Part shown: positions 13,258 to 26,708 of the stretch, piece after piece
Numbering within the stretch: position 1 is the first letter of the stretch
Layout: the number at the start of each line of letters is the position of its first letter
Assembly (NCBI GenBank): GCA_050575255.1
Contig: JBNZDD010013632.1
Location: forward strand, 2,054,480 to 2,118,479
DNA from: Harriotta raleighana
Lineage: Eukaryota
Length of the DNA stretch: 64,000 nucleotides
Direction of reading: 5' to 3'
The notes under the pieces: model-generated
Database searches by the model: none
What the model was told of the DNA's origin: nothing
Seen by the model: only the letters and a program-made list of their open reading frames with translations
Position numbers and translations under genes: made by a program

Positions 13258-15842
13258 TTAACAGCAAGAGAAAATACGTCAATTGTGAGAAACAGGATTT
13301 AGTTTGTATTTACCGCATTTTGGATCAAAAGGCGCATAGGAAAGCATTGGGTAATTGCATGTTTTGATTCCCTTTTCACCCCAAGGTTCATTCCTCATTG
13401 TCTTGGGACATCCACCAGACGTGACAGGTGCTTTCTAATGTAATTTTGTATTCTATCAACAATAAAGAGGACTGGAAGATAGACAATTACATATTACTGT
13501 ACGTACCTAAGTTCATAAATTTATTTTCCTTCATGTGCTTCTGTTTGAATTAATATATTTATTGCTTCTTTTCCTTATTTTAGTAAGTTTTTGGTCTCTG
13601 CTTGTCTTCTGGCCTTTTCTCAACTCAGTATATGAGATGTGCACTCTGATTCAGATGAGACAGGTAGAGAACTTGTGATCCTTTATGATACAATTTCCCA
13701 CAATATGCTGATTGAGGTCAGGCTGATGGAAACAGAATGACTTACAAAGAAAAACACTGCAAACCTAGAACAGAGCGTTTTTTTTTTCTTTAATAGTGAT
13801 ACAGGAAGAAAATCAGAACTTCGTTCCGGGTAAATCTCGTGAAGTCTACCATTAAAATCGACTTGAAATGATCGCACACATTTGAAAGGTTTTAGAATGG
13901 TAATGCAAATGTGTAGAAATAAAGGGGCTTATTCTCTGCTAATAATTGATCAATCTGCAACAGGAGAATAACCAGTAGTATTGTGAGGGCAGAATCCCAG
14001 CTGTGCTCAATTTATATTTTCCTTTTTACCTCCCCAATGACTTTGGTTTTCATTCAGGCGCAGAGCAGGTTGTCTTTTTTTATTGTGGTGTCAAGTAAAT
14101 AGGGTGGTATTCCTGATAAAGGGTATACGTAAATGAAGCAATCTGTTCCTTTATCGCAAACAGTCCCATCTTTACCCATCTTATCTCAGATGGAATGGTG
14201 GATGGAGTGACTAGCCGAGACTGCACCACTGGGAAGAGGAATGGTGTCAAAACACCCTGCAGCATGGCAAAAAGTTACAAGGAGAGAAACTGAGACACCA
14301 GGAAAAAAGTAAAGAAAAAAACACTTTCAAATGCTCTTATCTTTTAGTTATTTTAACCACATAAGTGGAGCAGAACATTAAGTGTTTTCTTCGCCTATTC
14401 ATTTCCGCTGAATTCTAAATTGTTTCCAAATTTTGTGAAGAATGTCACTTTTTGTTGCTGTGAAATGACTCTGGGGTAATGGCCCTATAACATTCTTTCA
14501 TTTATTTATTTATTCATTTCCATTAGAATGAGTCTAAATCTACTTATGGCAATACACATGTCTTTGTATAGCAGGGCTTCTTATGGCAAGTTAATGTTTT
14601 GCTAACAGTTGCATGTTACGGTTTAAGAGGACCCAAATTAGCTGTAAAATATACGCAGCCAGAAACTTCTTACTTTATCTGCCAGTATATCTTTTAATGA
14701 TTACAGATCAGAGTGAGATTAGAGTGAGATCACGTTTTTGAACAACAGAGTAAAGATCTTCAAGATGACATTGGTTAATTGTAATTCAGATAATGGATTT
14801 TTGAAAAAAGGAAAACTGCTAAATAAGTGAGGAGCCTTCTATGTGGGTTTTTGCTCTCAATTTTTTGAGCTGTAAAAACTATCAAGCAGAAACAAGTGCA
14901 AAGAGTAGAGGAAAAATGTGTACGTAGCAAGAACAAAATTTCATTGAAAAGCGGTAAACAGAAGAATGAAAAACAGCAGGGGAGAGCTAAATGAAATGGA
15001 ACCTGAATAATTATAAAGAATATAACCAAACCAACAGTGGAGAAATTGTGAGGAACTAAGACTGTTACAAATTGCTGTAAAAAAAAACAGAATGTGAATC
15101 GCCACTTAAACTGAGATGTGAATCTTCTAAAATATATCTGTCTCTATAAAGTGCTCGATTACCGACACTCTACGGGACAATTGTTTTTTTTTATATCAGT
15201 AAACGTTTGCATTCTGCTAAGGCAAATTCCCAGTGCAATACAAGAATTTCTCTGCAGGAGAAGTTTCTTCTCAGTGCCTGGGAAATTACATTATAATAGT
15301 TAACGCCAAATAATGAGTGAGTAAAATGCAGAAGCCATTAAAAGGCCTGAAATTGCACCCAGTCTTAGCCTGTTAGACCATTTTGTAGAATAATCTTCAA
15401 ACCAGCCTTAATTTAAGAAGTGTATAAAAACGGCTTCCAAATTATTGACTGAATTTTAGAATTTTCCACTATTCTGCCTGATCTTGACTTGTAAGACAAA
15501 TTAATCTTACAGGCTCAGATTACATTCATTGACTACTATACCTCAGAGCTAAATGGCTTTAGAGGCAATGCACCAAAACTCAGTATTTGAAATATATCAA
15601 TTTACTATATATCTACGTACAGATATATCTCAATGGAAAAAAAACCTCAAAGCACATTACCTGCTTCCGCTGCATAGTCTAGATGGTATCCCTGTTTCTA
15701 TCTACTCCAGGAATATTGACCCGAAGCTTGAGTGGGTTAAGTTGCCAGATGAGCTCACGTTGATTGACCAGTGATTGCACGAGGATTGACATTTAAATAA
15801 TGCAAATTGAATCAAATATGACAAGCAAGTGGGAATTTGTAC

Positions 15843-15988
15843 TAATAATCCTTGCATTTGATACAGCATTCTTCATGTCTTCTAGATGTCTCAAAGCACT
15901 TCACAGACCATACAGTAAAGTGAATTGATTGTATATTTGTGGGCGAAATGCGGCAGCAAATTGCTCACAGCCGTGACCCACAAACAGT
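15843..15988 (-). mobile_element. tRNA-SINE 3' half
   Basis: taataatccttgcatttgata ... cccacaaacag is the reverse complement of the SINE 3' end. Confidence 0.82.
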
Positions 15989-16164
15989 AATACCAATGTT
16001 GTAGCTGTTCTCGAGCTGTAACAAACACATTTGTATGTGTCCTATTTTGATCTCAAATGAATTATCTTTCAGAACAATAGAAAAGGTAGCTTCATTTCAG
16101 AAGGCTTCATTTTCCTTCCCTGGATCAACATGTTAAAGAATTTGCTGATCATTTATTTCATTAC

Positions 16165-16616
16165 CCTTACCCCACTTTCTCCCCCCTTTCCCCTCCTGAC
16201 TTTATCCCACCCCATCTTTCCCTCCCTTTCCCCCTTACACTCTTTTCCCCCTTTCTCCCCTGGCCCCACATCTATGACTGTTTGTGGGACACTGTTGTGC
16301 GTAATTTGGCTGCCATGTTTCGCCCACATATATACAGTCGGTTTTTCTGCTCTCTTTCCCCCTACCCCGACCCCTTCCCTTACCCTCTTTCCCCCCTTTC
16401 TCCCCTAACCCCACTTCCATGACTGTTTGTGAGACACTGTTTGGCTGCACAATTTGGCTGCTGCGTTTCACCAACAAATATACAGTCAATCTTCCTACTC
16501 TCCTTCCCCCTATCCCGATCCCTCCTCCTCTGCACTGATACCTACTTGACTGTTCAGCACTTTGGGACATTCTACCGATGTGAAAGACGCTATATAAATG
16601 TAATTTTGATTGATTC
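16165..16616 (+). mobile_element. L2-type 3' end with tandem 145-bp units and a (GATT)n tail
   Basis: Core gactgtttgtgggacactg...tttcgcccacatatatacagtc at 16276 and 16421, separated by a C/T-rich spacer, then the L2 tail gtgaaagacgctatataaatgtaattttgattgatt. A sister copy is at 52995-53311. Confidence 0.75.
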
Positions 16617-17699
16617 ATTGTTTCATTCCCTGTCAGTTAAAATAAAATCTGAGATGTGAGAATGAAATGCAGATAATGGACTGAAAGATTATCCTATTTA
16701 CATTTTATTTTTGTTTCCAAAAATCATTTGTAATCAAAAATTTCAGTCAAGTGGTCAGTCAATCACCACAGAGTTGATTGTGGGACCCTGATGGGAGCAC
16801 AACAGCATCTATATTTGCCTAAAGAAACACTTGACAGTAATTATATGTAAAGTGCTTTGGAATATTTTCATGCGATGAGGCACTACATCCATAGCTTATT
16901 ATGTTAATATATATTAAGAACATTTGAAAAATATGCAGAATACAAAATGGTTTTCACATGAATAAGCTGAAAAAATTGTAACTTTTTGCTTTTTCCCTAA
17001 AAGTAAAGTCAAATAAAATATATTAGCAGAGGAGAGGGAAGTGAGATAAACAGCACCCACAAAAAGCAACTGAAAGGAGGAAAGCAACACAGAATCATGG
17101 CCGTGTATTTCAGAGGTGGTTGGTAGCACATAGAACATTACAGTTTTCTCCCACATATCATTTAATGTTCTTTTAAACACTGAAATTCTCCCCTACACCA
17201 CTGCCTTCCTTGCATGCCACAGGAAAGCTAGAAGGAATCATCCTGCTTAGTATGATGGTGTTTAGAGCATGTTTGCTGCTGCAGATGAATCAATTATTTT
17301 GCTATTTACCTTCATTCTGAAGTAATTATTCTGTGCTTTCTTTCTGTGCAATTAATCAACCACAGCGAAAGTACATGACAATAACAACAACAACAAAATT
17401 ACACTCGTATGGCGTCTTTTACATTAGGAGAACGTGCCAAGGCGCTGGAGAGTACATTAGCATGAAGGTAACAAGTCACTAGTAAAAGCAGTTGTTATAG
17501 AGTAGACCTGACAATGTAAGGAGTGCTGCAGATATAAATATCACTCAATTGTTCATGCTGAATCTGTTCAGCTGTAGAGTTCTCCATTGCCTTTCTTTGT
17601 TTCACCCCAAGTCTATTACAGGTCACTTTTAGGCTTTCCACCCTTTTATATAGTTGGAGGCATCACTTTCACAAGTGTTAATAATAATACCTGTAGTAA

Positions 17700-18030
17700 T
17701 GTTTCCGAGTGCATCACAATGTTTATTTGGAGTGAGTGTGGTGATTGTATTTGTAGGTGAACACAGCAATGCCCCACAAACAGTGTTGAAGTGAATGACC
17801 AATTGATGTGAAATCTTATTGGCCAGGATACTAGGAGATACCGCCTTCTCGTTTTGAATTGTGTAAGAACTTTTTAACATCCACATGAACAGGCAAACAG
17901 GACCGTGGTTAAAGTTCTCATTCGAAGGATGGTACCTTGGATAATGCTGTACTTGCTTACCACTGTACTGGAGTGTCAGCCTGGACTGTAAACTCAAAGT
18001 CCCTGGTGCAGAACTTGAACCCACAATTTT
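17700..18030 (-). mobile_element. Old Deu-domain SINE (SacSINE1/AmnSINE1-like)
   Basis: Reverse strand reads gtgggttcaagttc (B box), ccaggctgacactccagtacagt, ggtaccatccttcgaatgagaactttaaccacggtcctgtttgcctgttcatgtggatgttaaaa and cctggccaata, the order I recall for the Deu domain. Confidence 0.7.
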
Positions 18031-18057
18031 CTACTCCTATGTTGAACAATTTGTGAT

Positions 18058-18367
18058 GTCCCGTAGCTGAGTGGCTAGAGCACTCGCCTTGCAAGTGAAA
18101 CACCTGGGTTTGTTTCCTGACAGGGAGAAAACTTGGGTAAGTATTCCTTACTCCACATGCCTGATAATAATCCCTCACCAAAAAACAATAATAAAATTGG
18201 TCTTTTCAATCCACAACAGTTTTTTATGAAACTGCTGTGCACAATTGGCTGCCAGGTTTTTCCCACAAATATACAGTCAATTCACTTCATGGAATACTCT
18301 GTGAAGCACTTTGAGACATCTAGAAGACATGAACAGCACTATATAAAATGTAAGGATTATTATTATT
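18058..18367 (+). mobile_element. Full-length tRNA-derived SINE with L2-like tail
   Basis: Head gtagctgagtggctagagcactcgccttgcaagtgaaacacctgggtttg; body and tail aaatgtaaggattattattatt as in the 21254 copy. Confidence 0.88.
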
Positions 18368-21253
18368 TGGGGAGGGAATGAGAGAATGTATATCTCCTGC
18401 AATCACTCTCGCTGGAGGTTCAAGAGCACTAAACATGGTCAGATAAGTATATGCTCTGGTAAGTAGTGTTAATTCTTCATTGTTATTAAGGAGACAGTTT
18501 CATGAACATTTCTTTAATAACGTTGAAAATAGTCCATTTATAATGATTCATCAGTAATGCCCTCCTTGGCACTGTCAGCTCTTTACTTGATCGTAGTAGC
18601 ATTTTCTCTGAGCTCATCCACTTTCTCCAATAAATCCCTGATTAGACTGAAGAGTTTAAAATTGAGCATCTTAATTTTCTGCCTGAGCAGTGCGATTTCA
18701 GAGCATGCAAAGAGTGTTCAACTATTTCTGTGTTCTTCACCAAAAATACTTGACTGATTGATCATTATGGGTCAAACCAGCACCTACTGAAAATCCTGCT
18801 TTTGAGCAATGACCTTCACGGGGGGAAGGGGGGGAGCAGAGATTCTTCCCACTCAGCCCATGTAAGCCAAAATGGTAACAGGTAGTGTGGTTTCACTGAA
18901 CCAGGAGTGGGAAGCTTGTCGGACGGCGGTCTCAATGACAAGCTGTGTCTTTTGTTCCTTAAACTCTTGTACAGTAGTATGCCACAAATCTGTGCCTGAT
19001 AGCCTCTGGAATTATGTGAGTAGCGCATGTCTCTCCAGGGAGAGAATGTGCATTCCATTCCAGACGCAAGGAAATTTCAAGAGGTGAAATGTAGCCACAT
19101 TGCTACATAATGCCTCTAAATTTCCAGGGATGAATGTTCTAAAGTTATCTTAAATCATAGTTTACTTGGAAAAATATTGGAAAAAAAACAAAACGATTGA
19201 TCAATTTGTTTCAATTTTTGTTTTAGTCCTGAAAAGGTTGAATGCAGAAGGGCATCATTTCACAATGTGGACTATACTGATGATAAAAATCATGGCCCCT
19301 GAAGAGCATGTAGAGGTTCATCAGATTTATAGGACAGTATATAATTAAGGCTATATTTCTGAACTTGGTTCTGCGTGGAATACTTCACTGATGCAATTGG
19401 GAATAATCCTTTCATAATATTAAACACCTCTACTAGGTCCCCTCACAATTGTCTCAACAGAGAGAAAAGCCTGTACAAGATTACAAGATTAACTCTTAAA
19501 TTAACCCTGTTTTATACTGTTTTATAAGTACCTTTCTGGAGGACACTCAACAAAAATGTGCATCCTTCCCTGCAGAGTGTCCCCCAAAGCAATTTCAAAT
19601 GTCCAAAATATGAAGATCATATTGACCTTGCGCAAGAATGTGTGATCCTGATCATTTTGGGGATACACAGCAACAGTTTTCAGTTTGGGTATTAAAAAAC
19701 ACTTCCTCAGGTTAACAGCAGCTACTCTGCACCTATGGTCAGCAGAATGCTCACCGACAAAGTGATTAAGAATCAATTAGACTTAAAATGGAACAGTAGA
19801 AATAGCATCCAGTTACAATTTTCAATCATGAATTCAAGTGTGACAGAATAGCTAATTTAGGCTTAGTTAAGGAATGTCTTTAACGCAAGCAGTATCCCAC
19901 CACAAGTGTGCTATAAACACACATACAGAGAGGCATATTGTAGTGAACCTGTTCATGCAGCAGAATTAGTATACCAGCAGAAAGATTCTCCCTTTCTTCA
20001 GAAGGAGATGGTGGCAATATTTAACACACCCGTGGCTGAGTTGGCATGACTTTTTAGGCTAGCAGACTGAGTTTTTGAATGAAATATGTTAAGAACTGCA
20101 AAGCATGTGAATAAATCATTGTAATTTCGGTGAGATGGCCAAGTGCTTTCAATGTGACAAAATCACAACTTGTATGTGTTGGCTATCAGCTTGCAAAACA
20201 CATTTGTTAGTTTAAGCAGGCATCAATCAATCAAACAGTGCAGCGAGTCAGGTGAGGGCTCCAAAAAGATAGCACAATGCACCAACCGTCATCTCCACAG
20301 TTCATACTCTTATTATTATCCCAAAAATAATTTTAAAATGTCTTTTCTTAATCTCTGTGTTCCAAGAAGAATTTCATTGCTGTACAGGATTGAGCAAAGA
20401 ATTTATTTCAAATACAGTACTTTGTTAGGTTGCTCCCCTGTTAATTCTAAGGGGCTCTAGGTTCTTTAGTGTGCAACTACAAGCGGCAGGATCAATGCTA
20501 AGAACCTGCACTAGTTCAGCACTGGCTATGGAGCACTTCAACCTAATTGGCACTTGAAGCTGCTTGAATATTCCCCTACAGCTAAGCAATCTGAAGTCCT
20601 GACTTGTAATATCTATGAACTGTTAGAGGGAAAGTGTACAAGTGGAATTGAATTGTGTTAAAAAGAAAACTGGTGAGACAAGCTTATTCCTCTAAGTAAT
20701 TGTGTGCATTTGTTCATTGAATATCCACATCAAACTCGGGACTTTCTGTCTTTTCCGCATAATTTCCAGGGAATTTGTTGACAATTGCTTTGAGACTAAA
20801 TGTGAATTGTTGCTTGACACACCAAATTTTCATTTAATTTTTCTGAAGCTTTAATTCGCTCCCCTGCCTTTTCTCTGCTGTGTTCTGATCAAAATGGTGA
20901 TTTCGGTAACACCTGACCCAAGGCAAATGATTCAGTTTTGTATTAAAATGATTCATCTGTACAATTGCAACTTGAATTTCATTCAGACAGCTCAGTTTAC
21001 TGCCAGTACCATTATCACCAAAGTGAATGTGGTAAAAAGCACATTAGTATTTTGGTGATAAGTTGGTGGATTTAATGCCAACTCCGGGAACAGATGCATC
21101 AATTAGCATAAATCGTGGTGTCAGGTACTTGTTTTAAACCTGCCATATCTCCTTCAATAAATTCTGCAATCTTTTGCCATTTGATTTCAAAAAATTCAAT
21201 CGCCTTCAATGCAAAAAAACATACAGATTTACAACAGCTTGCATTTATATGCA

Positions 21254-21566
21254 GAGTCCTGCAGCTCAGTGGTTAGAGCACTCGCCTTACCAGCGTGAGA
21301 CCTGTGTTCGAATCCAGGCAGAGCAAAATCTTAGGCAAGTTTCCTTACTCCACATGCCTAATAATAATCCGTCAAAAAAGAAACTATAATAAATTGGTTA
21401 TTTCAATCCACGACTGTTTGTGGTTCACTGCTTTGCGCAATTAGCTGCCTTGTTTCGCCCACAAATATACATTCAATTCACTTTACAGTATATTCTATGA
21501 AGCACTTTGAGATGTCTAGAAGACATGTAAAGTACTATATCAAATGCAAGGATTATTATTTTTATT
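21254..21566 (+). mobile_element. Full-length tRNA-derived SINE (about 310 bp), the dominant family in the window
   Basis: Pol III A box (agctcagtggttagagc), B box (gttcgaatcc), central gactgtttgtgg core, and tail atcaaatgcaaggattattatt. Confidence 0.92.
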
Positions 21567-22242
21567 AGGTATTAACATCTTTCACACAGGGTAATGTCAC
21601 AAAGTGCTTAACAGAGAAAGTGCCAATCATTGAGTAGGGAGGGAGGGGAGGAGGCAGGAAAGCATAGGAACGGCGAAGAGCAATTTTAGAACAGCCATCA
21701 GGAATTTTTCCTAAACACAGAAGGTAATTAACAGCTAAAAGAATTTACCAGGAAAGGTCGAAGAGGGCAGTAATTTAATAAATAGTTGGTTTCTGTAGTA
21801 GAAAGGTGATGGGACTTTCTTCAAGCTTGATAGCTGCTTTGTTACAGCTGCTGTATAAATATAAAGTGCCACATATATGTGATTTGTTGTTGTTACCACC
21901 GCCACAAACTGTAAAGATTGTCTCTTGAGGTGGCTTCTCATACTGTGTATCTGGACCACGAGCAAAGTGGAGAGAAGGATTATTGTTCCCTTCAGTCCAT
22001 GCTGACTGGCGGTCTTTATTATCTATCAGGGTTCCCAGCCAGCTTCAGAAGCCAGCGATGTTTGATCATGGCTGGCTTCACCAAACTCACAATGACACAT
22101 TCTTTTTCCCGTGGCCACCGATAATGTTGTGTTTTGCCCCAATCACCTGGGCACTTCAACTGAGTTGTGTTTGAACAAATTCTAAATTATCTTGCAGTTC
22201 TGTATTCTATTAAAGGGCTTAAAGGGGTCACACCAGCTTTGT

Positions 22243-22385
22243 AGTTCTGACGAAAGGTCGAGGATCCGAAATGTTGACTCACTTTCCTTTCTCCATGGAT
22301 GCTGCTGAACTTGCTGAGTTTCTCCAGCAACTTCTGTGTTTTTTTCAGATTCCCAGCATCTGCAGTATTTTGTGTTTTGTTGTAG
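22243..22385 (+). mobile_element. Penelope-type short repeat with decayed hammerhead core
   Basis: ctgacgaaaggtcgaggatccgaaatgttgactcac ... gatgctgctgaacttgctgagtttctccagcaacttctgtgttt; homologous to 30696-30790. Confidence 0.7.
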
Positions 22386-23278
22386 TTCAGCAATATATAC
22401 GCAGTCTAATTTCACAAATTGCATTCAGTAAGATCAAAAAGAGGAGAAGGCTGAATCATATAACATATGTTTATATTCTAATTTCAAACAATGCCTGAGA
22501 GGCCAATAAAGTCATGGGGGAGTAAGACTGTTCATGCATCTGTTGTTTAAAGACCTTTTTAAGAACCAAGTCTCATCCTTCTTCTGTTGTATTGCGTAAG
22601 CTCACCCATTGCTTCAGCATTGCTGACAAACAAAGGTACCACAGGAGGGGGATTGTGTCTTTCATCTAGAATCCACCTGCAGTTGCTAGTACATGGGATA
22701 TGAGTAATGCTCTTTGTTAACCAAGAACAAGGCATAAAACAACCTGATCACTTTCTACTTGCCTAGTGCAGTTTCTATTCTAAAGCTATTTATTCAACCC
22801 AAGTGGTGGTGTACTGCATTGAAAATATTATATATAATATATACTATATATATATATATAAAATATATATAACACAGGGAGTCCTAGAGACTCGCTGGCC
22901 TACACACTCAGCAGGGAACTCCACTGATTCTCCATCTTCATTCCAAAGTTTTAATGGAGTCCTAGACACAGCTGGAGAAATGCAGCTCTTTCTGCAACAG
23001 AACACAAGTTCAGTGAACACTCATGCAACACTCAAAGGCATTCCTTGTAGCATAAACACACTATCCATTGTTATATTATTTCTTACCTTCAGGTCAGAGA
23101 TTACATTGCCATCTTCCTTTACAAGTATCATATGCAAGATGAATTGTCCCCATTTTAGACAAAGTTTTGTTCTGTAAATGTGTCAGTGAGGACCGAGCCA
23201 GTATGATAAGAGATTACAACAGCATCAACTCTCACTTAAATAGCGCCCCTTACACAGGCCCAGAGCGCTTAGAGATTT

Positions 23279-23427
23279 AGAGTTGCTAAAGACAATTTCA
23301 GGCAACATGCCAGGAAATATTTCTCTACCCAGAGAGCAATTAATGACTAGAAATAGATAACAGGAATGATGTTTGAGGCCAAGATTCTGGATTCATTGAT
23401 TAAAAACAGCTTGATGCTGTGAAGGGA
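23279..23427 (+). mobile_element. CR1 ORF2 C-terminal fragment (decayed)
   Basis: Reads RVAKDNFRQHARKYFSTQRAIND*...MFEAKILDS, resembling the CR1 ORF2 end motif RK.FF.QRV.N.WN.LP...VEA. Confidence 0.65.
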
Positions 23428-23814
23428 AAACAGTGATTCTTTCCATCACATTATTGGTAATGTTTACCAGAGTTTTCCTTATTCTCCCAGTACTACCTAT
23501 AGCTGCAGTGCTTAGAGCTAAAGGGAGCATTAGTTTGAAATCCCTGTATTCTATGCATTTTCAAACATTACATTTCTTTTCAATCTTATTATTTGCTTTT
23601 TGCTTCATAGCTTTTGAATTTGTAGTGGTTTTTGTTTTATTGAACTCTTTAGTGCTGTTTAAAATAAGAAAGAACACAGCTGCAATAGTCTTTCAGCACA
23701 TCTAACATGCATCAACCAAATCTTTAAAATCTTCGTACAGGCATACAATGTTCAAACCGAAAATTATTTATTTTGGAGTTTAGCCTATTGCAAGTCAATC
23801 CTATCTCCACTTCC

Positions 23815-24083
23815 ATTAAATTCTGTGGGATCCTCTGACTCGCTCATCCTCTCCCCATTCAAAGCCTGCCTCAAGACTTACCTCTTCAACCTTGCTTTGT
23901 GTCGTCTTTCCCCTTCCCACCCTTTTACCGCACACCACGCCCGCCATCTCCCCACCCCTACCCTCCCACCCCCCAACTTCCCGACCACCCCCCCCCCAGC
24001 TCAGGTTCCCAACCAACAGTGCACTTTAAGATATTCTCCTGACATGAAAGGCACCATACAAATGCAAACTATTGTATTGTGTT
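23815..24083 (+). mobile_element. L2 LINE 3' end
   Basis: SPFKACLKTYLF (L2 ORF2 terminal motif F...LKT.LF), a C-rich UTR, and the tail gacatgaaaggcaccatacaaatgcaa. Confidence 0.78.
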
Positions 24084-26323
24084 AAATTCCAACTTCAGGT
24101 TTTTCATCCTTAACCTTTGGAACTCAGATTGCAGTTTCATTTTAGAATACATACCCTATTATTACTACTGACAAATTTAGACTTTTAATTGTGTGTTGCT
24201 TGGGATGGGGGGGGGGTTCTGATTTTGTGACACCTGGTTCTGATTTTGTCTGAATATTTATTCTTAATCAATCAAGTGCAGAGCAGAACACATTAGTTTT
24301 TTTTTTAAATTCCATGAAAAAAAATGACATGAGAACTTAAACAAGGTTTGAAATGTATGGGGAAATAGAAATTGTTGCCACACCTTGCAGATTTCATTGT
24401 TATGTACACTTAAGACAACTATTCATCATTCCTGTTCTCTGATGTTCTACAATTTCTGCAGTATTACCAACCAACTCACCTATAACACAATAAATGCTAC
24501 ATTAGTTTTTTTGCTGTTGTCCTCATCCACATTCTGTTGTCTTGTGTTCTACTGCTGAAATCGCAAATGGTGCGTGGCAAGGAAATTGATAGAAAAGTAT
24601 GGAGATGGCAATGAGGCTTCCTGTTGAATTTTTTTATAAATGCAGAATATTATATATTTATTTGAAATGGATGATGCTAAAATTAGTCACCCAATGCGAC
24701 TGACAGTTTTTCAAACCTTATTTAGTACGGCATAAGGGATGGCGGCATTAAAATCAAATCTACCAGCATAAAGAAAGCTATTAGAGAAATTTGCATTTTA
24801 CCAAATAGATATAATTAGTTTTGCAAAGAATCTATGTTATGACAAAACTTGATTGTGTGGTATGCAGGGTTTAGATTTCCCCCACCCCCTTCTTGTGATC
24901 AGTTTGTGCCAAGAAAGGTTTTATTATTCCTGTTTTAATTTAAACTTGTCCCAATATACCACTCATGATGTTGCGCCTCCACATAGAAAGGTTGTGTCCT
25001 GCTGACTTTCACCTTATTAATCTTTTAATTAGGGGAATGTAACCTACCTCTGTGCACAGTATGCTGAAGCCTCTCCTGCTAACATGCAGGAAGTAATAAG
25101 ATCTGGGATGTTTATAGGTCAACTAGAGTTACAGGAAGAGTAAGTGCAGCTATGATGGGTCAGCAAATCAAAAGATAGTAGGTTGAGTTAGTGAAGAGTT
25201 GAGAGGGCGTAGAGAATTTCTGCTCTGTGGCTACATCTGTCCTGATTCTGACTTCTAAACATGCAGAATAATTATTCAAATGCAGAAGAGAGATTTCTAG
25301 AAAGGAAAACAGATTTCCAACATTTTAAAAAGGTGATTTAGTGTTCTTCAGTGGAACTACCAGTTTGGGGGTTGGGGGGGGATGTGTTGTCTGTCACCTT
25401 TTTCTCAGTACCCATTTCAGAAGTTGAATGGTTTTAACTCTAATTTAGAAAGGGACATTGATGCTGTGAATGGAACATGTTTCATTTGAGGCGCCTAAAC
25501 ACTGTTGTCAAGCCGGATGAAACTTTTTAGGTACACAGCAAAGATTGTCATCAATGTGCCTCAGTCCAAATCTCAGAAGAGAACTTTGCACCAGTGTGAT
25601 ACTTTCCACTTCACACACCTGTCATCCTGTGGCCCCCTTGGAACAAGAGTGTCAATTTCTTACCAAATTACCAGGTCTGTCTGTGGGCCCAAGTCTATCA
25701 GCATCTCGGTTGAAACTACCCAAACCCATTTCACAAAGGACCTTTGCAGCTAACAGAATAATTGCCCTCAAACAGCAAGCCAAAGAGCTTTAGGTTCTTG
25801 TGAGGACGAGGACTACCAAGGACAAGAGCATTCAGCATAACTTTGCTTAAAAAGCAGGAGTTTAATTAGCTTTTTTAATATTCTAATACCCAAGTAACCC
25901 ACTTTATTTCTTTGACTCTATTCCTGACAGGCTACCTTGACTATAATTGAGGTGACATTAGCACTACATAGGCATCCGCAGAACATAACAATTTAATAAA
26001 TGTGGACCTTTTGTTACCTTAATAAAAAAATACAAAATGAAGTAAACGTAACAATTACTTTATTCAGAGTTGGCAGGCACTCTAATTGTTTAATCCAGCG
26101 CAATGTTAACTTTCTCTATTTGCTCTGAGACAGGAGCCTTGAGCGAAGGCAATGGATTGGCAGAGGATTGCCTGGGGCAGGCACTTTTAATTTATGTTGA
26201 ATGACAAGCTTGGTCTCTTGTTTGGGAGGGAAGATCATTTTTGTTTGAAATATTATCTAAAATAGGAAAATCCCAATGAAATGGGAAGTTTGTGTGAGTC
26301 TGAGGTGTGAATGTGGCGCATCA

Positions 26324-26708
26324 AATAATAATAATCCTTGCATTGGATACAGCGTGTTTCATATCTTCTAGACATCTCAAAGCGCTTCACAGAATATACT
26401 ATAAAGTGAATTGACTGTATGTTTGTGGGTGGAACGCGACAGCCAGTTGCGCACAGCAGAATCCCACAAACAGTCATGGATTGCAGTGCCCAATTTATTA
26501 TTCTTTTTTTTCTTCAGTCATTATTATCAGGCTTGTGGTGTAAGGAAACTTGCCCAACAACAACAAAATTACATTTATGGAGCGCCTGTCACATCGGGAG
26601 GACATTGCAAGGTGCTGAAGATTTTGCCCAAGGTTTTGCCTTGCTGGGAATCAAACTCAGATCTCTCATTTGGAAGGCGCGTGGTCTAACCCCTGGGCTA
26701 CAGGACCC
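26324..26708 (-). mobile_element. Full-length tRNA-SINE interrupted by an L2 3' fragment (26558-26623)
   Basis: Colinear with the 54038-54341 copy except for the insert, which is flanked by duplicated ttgcccaa. Confidence 0.88.

Noticed and set aside
15655-15800. Exon-like block with a minus-strand CAG|gtaatg donor and a plus-strand ORF tail
   Set aside because: All three minus frames contain stops and the plus peptide matches nothing I recognise. A non-coding exon cannot be excluded but is unsupported.
21254-21330. tRNA gene
   Set aside because: A and B boxes are present, but it continues into a SINE body repeated many times and lacks a proper acceptor stem. It is a SINE head.
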